The notes below the pieces were generated by a model. It was given only the letters and a program-made list of their open reading frames with translations. It was not told the origin of the DNA and did no database searches. Of a DNA stretch of 64,000 nt, positions 56,061-64,000 are shown piece by piece. The stretch's first letter is position 1. Every line of letters starts with the position of its first letter. This DNA comes from Neocallimastix sp. 'constans' (taxonomy: Eukaryota). The stretch spans positions 1,116,001 through 1,180,000 of the forward strand of contig JBODTK010000012.1 in assembly GCA_050613775.1 (NCBI GenBank), in the 5' to 3' direction. Both the position numbers and the translations under genes were made by a program.

Positions 56061-58577
56061 TTAAGATGAAAAATTTTTTAGTTCACTTTGATCTCTGGAA
56101 TTGGTATCTTGTTGTGAAGGAATAGCAGATTGAAATGAAAATTCAAAAGGTTTTTCATTTTGATGATATTCTTTGAAGGAAAATGAACCAAAAGTAAATG
56201 GTTTTAATTTATTCGAGTTGGTTTCATCTATAGTAGAATTATTACTGGGATTTTCTGTTTTACTATCTGGTTTGATATATTCAAATGAAAATGTATTACC
56301 TAATTCTGAATATGGTTCTGAATATGGTTTTAATGAATTAGCTGTAAATTTAAAGGTTTTTGATTTAGTATCATTATCATTAGTAAAATTTTTTATATTA
56401 AATGATAAGGATTTAGGATTATTTGATGAATTATTACTATCATTAATTTTATTTGGTTGAGGAGGTGAAGGTGAGCTATACGAAAACGTGAATGGATTTA
56501 CTTCTTTTAAACCTGAACTTGTATTGTGTTGCTTAGATGAGGCAGAGCCAAATGAAAATATTGATTTGGAGTCACTCGATTCATTATTATTTTTTGAATT
56601 AGTATTTTCTGTATTAACATCTTTACCGATATTATTGGATGTTGTATGATTTTGTTTTGTTACAGATTCAGTTTCAGAAGACAATAATATAGGTTTATTA
56701 TTTATATTTGAATTGTTATGATTAGTAGAATTGGTTTGCTCTAACATATTTGAAGTATTTGAGAATAAAAATGGTTTTGACTCAGTAGTATTCATTTCAT
56801 TATCGCAATTCTTTCTTTTATTATTAAAGGATAAGCTATTAGTAGTTGAATTATCTGAATTTGAATTATTTGTATTTTGTGATGTTTTTGTTCCAAATAG
56901 AAATGATGAAGCTTCATTGGTATCAATTTCATTAATTTTATTACCATAATTATTATTATTTCTATTATTAGAAGTATTTATGTTTTTATCAATGTTTGAG
57001 TGCATTTTTTGATTAAATGATGATGAAAATGTAAATGGTCTTGATTCAGTATTTTTCTTATTATTATCGTTTTTTGAGTCACTTACTTTTAATTTATTTA
57101 TATCTTCTTCTTCTTCTTTTACTGGATCAGAATATGAAAACATTTTGATTTCTCTGGATTTCAAATTTTCATGAGGCGACGGTGAAGAGGAAAACGTAAA
57201 AGGAATAGTTGGTGTTTCTGTATTATTAGCATTAGGACTAGAAGAAGATTTTGTAGAAGAAAATGAATTTCTGGACCTTAATGTTCCATATGATATTCGT
57301 CGTTCAGAATTATTATCAATATTAATAAATGAAAATCCATTCCATTTATCTGATTTCACTGGAGAAACATTTGAATTATTACTACCACTAGTAAATACAA
57401 ATAATTTTGATTCTTTATTATTATTATCATCATTATTATTTTTCATGTTAGTATTATCATCCTTATTCTCATCTTTATTTATATTGTTGTTAATTGAAAT
57501 TTGTTTAAGTTCATTTACTATATTTGACATTGAATTGTTTGGGTCTTCTTTTGAATTTTTCAAGAATTTCTGTGATTCACTTTTTTTAGAATCCATTTCG
57601 TTCATAGAATCTTCATTTAATACTGAGGAGCTATTTATTCGTTCGAGACTCTCATGATCATTGGCAGGAATAGATTCTTTATGTAATAAAGATAATATTT
57701 CTGTATTATTGTTCTTATTTGCTTCAGCCAATATTTTTTCTGAAATAAGTTCTTTAAAAGGAAAAACATAATAACTTAATATCAGCTTCACAAAATCTAT
57801 ATCATTTAGTATTACTGCGACTTCTAAAAGTTGATATCTCTTAATTTTATCTGAAAGAATAGCATCTGAACTTCCATCATATTCAAAAAAGATTTTAACA
57901 GCTTGATAATTTTCTTTTTCGATAGCTAATTGATATAAATCATTACTAACAATAATTTTATTTTTTTCATTAGAAAGTATTTCTTTCAATTGTTGTCTTG
58001 AAATCGGTTCTTCCTTTTTATACCTATTTAGCATACTTAAAATAAAAGTATTATCAAATATATAAAATCTATGAATTATTTCAACAAAATCATTATTTGT
58101 ATTTAATAAGTTTTTAATAAGACTATTATTTATATATTGTATATTATATCCATGATTTAATATAAATTTTAAATTTTTATTATTCAAAAGATTTTGTTTG
58201 GAAAAAATATTAAAAATTGATCCCTTATCACAGTTGATATCGCTATTATATTGTGTTAATAAAAGATTTGCGAGTTGATAATTATTTTTTCCAATTGCTG
58301 AAAAAAGAGGTGTCTTTTTATTAAAATTATTATCTAAAATAAAATAATCTAATTTATCTAAAGAAATCTTTTGAAGTAAATATTGAATATGGTCTATTGG
58401 TGTTTCATTTTCTATTGCATAAATAACAATATCCACTTTATATGATAAATCTATTTCCGTAAAATCAATATTATTTTCATTGATAAAATTTTCTAATTCT
58501 GATATATCATCTTTGCATATAAATTTCTTTATACCATTGATTTTTTCAAGTATTGATAGTTTCTTTGGGGATTCCAT
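56061..58577 (-). CDS. 838-aa protein: ankyrin-like helical N-terminal region plus Asn/Ser-rich disordered tail with repeated FxF motifs
   Basis: Long ATG-initiated ORF. It contains the ankyrin-type segment KKTPLFSAIGKNNYQLANLLL and degenerate units (LAIEKENYQAVKIFF, VAVILNDIDFVKLIL, ANKNNNTEILSLL). The tail carries PFTFS, GFSF, FLFG, FSFG and PFTFG motifs. Confidence 0.85.
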   Translation of the reverse strand: MESPKKLSILEKINGIKKFICKDDISELENFINENNIDFTEIDLSYKVDIVIYAIENETPIDHIQYLLQKISLDKLDYFILDNNFNKKTPLFSAIGKNNYQLANLLLTQYNSDINCDKGSIFNIFSKQNLLNNKNLKFILNHGYNIQYINNSLIKNLLNTNNDFVEIIHRFYIFDNTFILSMLNRYKKEEPISRQQLKEILSNEKNKIIVSNDLYQLAIEKENYQAVKIFFEYDGSSDAILSDKIKRYQLLEVAVILNDIDFVKLILSYYVFPFKELISEKILAEANKNNNTEILSLLHKESIPANDHESLERINSSSVLNEDSMNEMDSKKSESQKFLKNSKEDPNNSMSNIVNELKQISINNNINKDENKDDNTNMKNNNDDNNNKESKLFVFTSGSNNSNVSPVKSDKWNGFSFINIDNNSERRISYGTLRSRNSFSSTKSSSSPNANNTETPTIPFTFSSSPSPHENLKSREIKMFSYSDPVKEEEEDINKLKVSDSKNDNNKKNTESRPFTFSSSFNQKMHSNIDKNINTSNNRNNNNYGNKINEIDTNEASSFLFGTKTSQNTNNSNSDNSTTNSLSFNNKRKNCDNEMNTTESKPFLFSNTSNMLEQTNSTNHNNSNINNKPILLSSETESVTKQNHTTSNNIGKDVNTENTNSKNNNESSDSKSIFSFGSASSKQHNTSSGLKEVNPFTFSYSSPSPPQPNKINDSNNSSNNPKSLSFNIKNFTNDNDTKSKTFKFTANSLKPYSEPYSELGNTFSFEYIKPDSKTENPSNNSTIDETNSNKLKPFTFGSFSFKEYHQNEKPFEFSFQSAIPSQQDTNSRDQSELKNFSS

Positions 58578-58893
58578 TATAATTATAATTAATTAAAGCC
58601 TTTAAAAAAGAAAAAGAAAAAAAAAAAAAAAAAAAAAAACTATTACAAATAATAATAATAATTATAATAATTATAATAATTATAATAATAATAAAAAAAA
58701 TTATTTAATTTTTTAATATTTTTTAATATTTAATTATGAATTTTTTTTTTTTCGTTCCTTAATTACATTTGAAATAATAAATTAAATTATATTAACCAAT
58801 ATTTTTACATATTATATCTAAAATTTCATTAACTTTAAAAAAGTTTAAAAAAAAAATTAAAAATTTTATTATATAAAATAAATATATTTATTT

Positions 58894-58955
<62 letters not shown>

Positions 58956-59446
58956 TTAATAATTTAATATATATTCTTTAATTTCTGATTTTAAATTATA
59001 TTTAATTATTCTTCAGTATTATTTTTATTCAGTTTTATTTTTTTATTTTTTATATTTATTTTTTTACTTTTATTTTTTACATTTTTTTTATATATACTTA
59101 ATTTTTTTTTTTTTTTTTATAATTATATTTAAATTAATTACTTAATGTGAGATATTATATTAATTAAGTTATGAAAAATCTTTTTAAATATTATTACATA
59201 AAATTTTTTTTATTCGTTAATTCAATTATTAATTAAATATTAATTTACTATTTATTCATTTATTTTATCAATAAATAATAATAATAAATATTCCAAAAAA
59301 AAAAAAAAATATATATATAAAGAAACTAGTAATGTCCCTACACTATAAAATGGAGTTTTAAAAAAAAAAATACATAGACACACATATAATTGGTACCTAT
59401 CTCCCATTAGTGCCTTAAAAGTTATTGTTGTAGGTGTGATGATATA

Positions 59447-59848
59447 TGACATATCAGTACAGTGTCGCTTTTCACAACACGTCGTTACATGTCCGTCCAG
59501 AGCTAAATTCTCTATATATTCCTACATATATCTCCGTTGACCACGAGCATTGGAACGGGATTCATTCACTCCCTCCCCTCGGTGGGTGTAATCATAGGCG
59601 TGTTGGAATTTGACCCTCCTAATTCTTTTAGAATAAGCCGGAGACGTCATCAAGGCCTATGATTAAGTCGTATCGTAGTATTAAGGTTGGATTAATAATT
59701 AGCCAAGGGAAAGCCTTTTGGATATCACTGTGGTTGCATGATACCTCAGGATAGAAAACCATGTCGGGAAATCGATCTTAATATAAAAACTCTTATTTAA
59801 TATTTAAATGATTTGAGAATATTAATAAATAAGATTTATATCATGTCA
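59447..59848 (+). mobile_element. Candidate solo LTR (402 bp)
   Basis: GC-enriched non-coding island bounded by TGACAT...ATGTCA (TG...CA termini, 6-bp inverted) with TATA on both flanks (4-bp TSD candidate). TATAAAA at about 59783 and AATAAA at about 59824. Confidence 0.5.
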
Positions 59849-60010
59849 TATATAAATATATATAAATAATTAATTTCAAATTATGAATGTGCATTTCTCC
59901 AATTTTTATAATACAAATTTTCAATACGCCATTTATTTTTAATGGCTTGTAAATTTTTTGTTAACTCCATAAAAAATTTTAATACAATTAATGTAAAAAA
60001 AATAAATGTA

Positions 60011-60073
<63 letters not shown>

Positions 60074-60200
60074 GTACAAGTATATAAAATAAAATAAAAT
60101 AAAATAAAATAAATAGTAAAATATTAAATATAAAGTACAGATTGAATAAAATAAAATAAAATAAAATAAAATTCATTAATATACAAACATATATATTTCA

Positions 60201-60231
<31 letters not shown>

Positions 60232-61249
60232 TATTTTATAATTTTTCAATTTTTTAATTGTTTTTACTAATTCATTTTTAAGTTTAACCTATTTACTCAT
60301 TCCTATTATATATAAAATATTGTAAATTATTTTAATAATACTAAGTTGATTTATGGTTGAAAATTACAGCAGAATATGAAAATGAAGCCAATCATAAATG
60401 AAAATCATCCATAAATTAAACAATATTCATAAGTACATAAGTCTTCTATAAATTAATAGCAACAACAACGAATACAAAAAATAATAATACAATTTAAAAA
60501 TAAAGAAAATAAAACAACAATTAAATATAAAATTAAACAAAATGGAAAAGAAATAAAGAAAGAAAGGAAAAAAAAATACAAACAAAATTATGAATACTTT
60601 TCTCTTATAAATTTTTTTATTTTTTTAATTTTTAAAAATAATAATTATTTTTTTTCTTACATTATTACATTTTTACCTTATATTAATTTTTTATATAGTT
60701 TTTCTTGATTAAAGTTATTATAATTATAATTACTATTATATCCTTTGTGGAATTATTAATTTATATTATAAAATTTTAGTATTTTATTAAATTTGTTTTT
60801 ATTTTTTATTTTATTTTTTTTTTTAAAATATATATATATATATATATATTAAAATTAAAAATATATAATATATTTTAATAATATTAATAATTATTACAAT
60901 ATGCATAAATATATATAATAATTATCTTTCAAAAAATAAGCATTTTTTTCGGTGAGATTGATTATATTGATTATATTAAAATTAATAATAATAATAATAA
61001 TAGCAATTTCTTTTTAATATGATCAAGAGATAAGAATATTAGGATATTAAAAATATATATATATATATATTGAAGATGATATTGTGTTAAAAATAAAAAA
61101 AAAAAAAACAATAATTTTTTTTTTCTTTAAGTATACATTATATATGAATAAAACATTACTAATTATTTTGTAAATAAAAGAATGGGATAAAAAAATAACA
61201 ATTTTTTTATCAATAATAATTGTAAAAAAAAAAAAACAAGTATCGATAT

Positions 61250-62290
61250 TTATTGAATCCATTCTTTTATTTTATTAACAATAGAGTTCTTTTGATCGTA
61301 ATGGATGTAATGAGAACCATCTAATACCAAGATTTCATTACGAGTATTATTGCCGAGAATTTCATGATGTAAACCTTCCCATTTAGTATTTTGTTTAACG
61401 TTATCTTTTGAAAGGAAAGTTAGGGTTGGAATACGATCTGGAAATTTTACACCTTCAAGACTGGCAAGACGATCCAAAAAAGTTTCAATATCATCCCATT
61501 GTCCTTTAGTAAATGCATGATTAATCAACAAAAGCTCTTCAACATCAATTTCTTCATCAGTATAAGGATAAGTTGTATCCATACTATATGGAGCTTGTCC
61601 AAATTTAATAATTAGACGTCCTAAACCAATACTATTCATTTTTTTAAAAGGTATATAAGATCCTACAAGTTCTTCCTTCGAAATATCTTTTTCGGTGCCT
61701 GAAACCGAACTATCCAAAGCAATAACTCCTAAAACTTCATCGGAATATTGATTTGACCATTTTAAAGAGAAAGCGCCTCCCATGGAATGTCCCATAATAT
61801 AATAATTATTAATACCAATTTTCTTCACTCCTTCACGTATTTCTGAAATCATGGTACTGAAATCACGATTCGTGTCCACCACATCATCAGAAAATCCATA
61901 ACCAAAAGGTTCAATGGTAATGACTTTAAACTTATCAGAAAGAGCTTCTGCTAAGGGTTTAAATTCAATAATAGGTGAAGGACAACCCATACCCGGTAAA
62001 ATGGCAATGGTTTGATTATTTTTTTCTCCAACAATACTATAAGACATTTGATGTCCATTTATTTCTACTTTTTTAGAATACTTTTCACTATAATTCTTTA
62101 TTTTTTTTTTATCTACACTATTACAAATCAAAGTATAACCAGTAAAAAGAAGTATTAAAGCAATAAGGATAATAAAGATCCATAATAAAACACGGAGAAT
62201 TTTACGTTTAAAAGATCTTTTTTCCTTTTTTTGCTTTTCTGGTACATCCTTTTGTGAGATATCAATATTTACAGAATCAGTAGTACTCAT
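61250..62290 (-). CDS. Alpha/beta-fold hydrolase with N-terminal membrane anchor (346 aa)
   Basis: Nucleophile elbow GHSMGG, oxyanion region ILPGMG, IEPFGYGFSD motif and C-terminal catalytic His in GSHYIH. A basic stretch precedes the hydrophobic helix VLLWIFIILIALILLFTGY. No introns needed. Confidence 0.93.
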   Translation of the reverse strand: MSTTDSVNIDISQKDVPEKQKKEKRSFKRKILRVLLWIFIILIALILLFTGYTLICNSVDKKKIKNYSEKYSKKVEINGHQMSYSIVGEKNNQTIAILPGMGCPSPIIEFKPLAEALSDKFKVITIEPFGYGFSDDVVDTNRDFSTMISEIREGVKKIGINNYYIMGHSMGGAFSLKWSNQYSDEVLGVIALDSSVSGTEKDISKEELVGSYIPFKKMNSIGLGRLIIKFGQAPYSMDTTYPYTDEEIDVEELLLINHAFTKGQWDDIETFLDRLASLEGVKFPDRIPTLTFLSKDNVKQNTKWEGLHHEILGNNTRNEILVLDGSHYIHYDQKNSIVNKIKEWIQ

Positions 62291-62543
62291 TTTTTTTTTA
62301 TAAAATTAAATTTGATTAAAAGAAAAATTTTTATTATATTATTTAAAAATTATTTAATAAATAATATATTTTATTATTATTATTATTTATTTTTTATTAA
62401 ATTAGCTTTATTTTTAATTTTATATAATTATAATTATATAACTTTTCTTTTCTTTTTTTTTTTGAGTATTTTTTTTTTTTTTTGAATTTTTAATTTAGAA
62501 AGAAATTTCATTGTTTTTATATGAATTTTTCTTTTTAATCATT

Positions 62544-62562
62544 TGACTCATTGCAAACGCGT
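62544..62562. promoter_or_regulatory. Possible AP-1/Gcn4-type site (TGACTCA) and MCB/MluI box (ACGCGT) upstream of the hydrolase
   Basis: Both consensus words lie within 19 bp, about 255-270 bp upstream of the ATG at 62290, in otherwise GC-poor DNA. Confidence 0.3.
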
Positions 62563-62885
62563 AGAAACAAAAAATAAATAATATAAATAAATTATATAGA
62601 GAATATACTATATAACTATTTAAAAATAATTATTAGAATTATTTTATTATTATTATTATTATTATTTTTTTTTTTTTAATTTCACTATATTAAGTAAACA
62701 TAAGTTACACAATGCTTTCCATTAAAAAATAACTTTAATGTATAAAACAAAATAATATAACCCTTGAGGAAAAATTGTTAGGTTAATTTATATAAATTTA
62801 TTAAAGTATTATTGAATTATTTATTAATTTTATTATTATATTTACATTTACATTTGAAATAATTAAGTAAAAATAATTATACTTT

Positions 62886-62983
62886 ATTTTTACATTTAAA
62901 ACTATCTATACTTGATTTTTACATTTAAAACTATTTTTACATTTAAAACTATCTATACTTGATTTTTACATTTAAAACTATCT
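62886..62983. repeat. Tandem TTTTTACATTTAAAACTAT repeats (4 copies)
   Basis: Direct reading; two copies are extended by CTATACTTGA. Confidence 0.8.
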
Positions 62984-63357
62984 AACATCTTTTATCACTC
63001 ACTTCATTTTCATGCTATTTGATTATAACAAACTATTTAATTGTTCTTGTGATTAAACAATTTAACGAGTTTTTATGTTAAAGTATTATAAATTCTAATA
63101 ATAGTAATAATGATTATTTATGGAAGTATTTAATATCCATTATTAATATAAAATAATTATAGAATAAAATGAGGCTATAATTTATACATTGTATGCAACT
63201 GATAAGAAATTAACTAATTAAGTAATAAGTTGTAATATTTTAATTTACTAAATGAATGTATACAACTTCTAGTATGATTATTATTTTATTAATATTTAAA
63301 GTTAATTAGAAAGTTATAAATGTTTTAAAAATATAGAAATAATTGAAACTTTGTTCT

Positions 63358-63395
<38 letters not shown>

Positions 63396-64000
63396 GTCAA
63401 CTTTTATTTATTTATTATATTAACTATTCTTATATAAAAGTTTTTTTTAATAAAATAAAAAGTTTTCAATATAAAATAAAATATATTTTTAATATAAAAT
63501 TTTATAATAAAAATTGAAATATAAAATATAAATTTTTAAAAAATATCATTAATATAAATTTTCATTATTAATATAAAAATAAAAATAAGAATTATTATCA
63601 ATATTGTTAATATAATTTTTCAATATATAAAAATATTATTGTTAATATAAGTTTTCAATATATAAAATTATTATCATTAATATAGGATTTAATATAAAAA
63701 TAGAAAATTTAAATATAATTTTGATTTTCATACTTTATTAAAATTTTAATATGGTAATAAGAAAAAGGAAATTTAAAAATGGAATATATCAATATTAATA
63801 AATAATATATTTAAAACTAATAAAATTAATAATAGGTGTTTATTAATTATTAGTGTTATTTTATTTCACAAATTATTTTTATATTTATTTGTAGTTTACA
63901 TTAAATATATTGAAATTATTATTTATATTTAAAAGGTAAATATGATTAATAAAGGTCAATTTACAAGTACTAAGCTAAATAATAAAGTGGTCTCGTTTTG

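Noticed and set aside
56173..57657. Plus-strand ORFs 56173-56460, 56731-56949 and 57445-57657
   Set aside because: Antisense to the 838-aa CDS with no independent evidence.
59712..59740. U2 snRNA-like GCCTTTTGG
   Set aside because: Only 9 nt match; the branch-pairing GTGTAGTA and other U2 elements are absent.

Overview
Extremely AT-rich, gene-poor eukaryotic DNA. The composition, the ankyrin-related ORF family and an intronless bacterial-type hydrolase point to an anaerobic gut fungus (Neocallimastigomycota); this is inference, not proof. Five protein-coding genes are supportable. (1) A stand-alone UDP-glucose 4-epimerase (GalE) on the minus strand, whose real start is probably a 13-nt ATG micro-exon at 14067-14079 spliced over a 413-nt GT-AG intron. 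(2) A 117-aa secreted protein with 8 Cys. (3) A 708-aa protein made almost entirely of about 37 nucleoporin-type GFSFG repeats. (4) Immediately upstream of it on the same strand, an 838-aa protein with an ankyrin-like head and an Asn/Ser-rich FxF-motif tail. (5) A membrane-anchored alpha/beta hydrolase. Non-coding structure includes a 40-bp x10 minisatellite, a perfect 27-bp inverted repeat, a 157-bp MITE-like element, a 402-bp solo-LTR-like GC island, a dispersed TTATTTA satellite in both orientations, and a duplicated segment next to the Cys-rich gene. The most intriguing signal is the tandem pair of FxF/FSFG genes with no recognisable nuclear-pore anchor domain. Most short ORFs in the track are microsatellite artefacts. 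No rRNA, tRNA or CRISPR array was seen.
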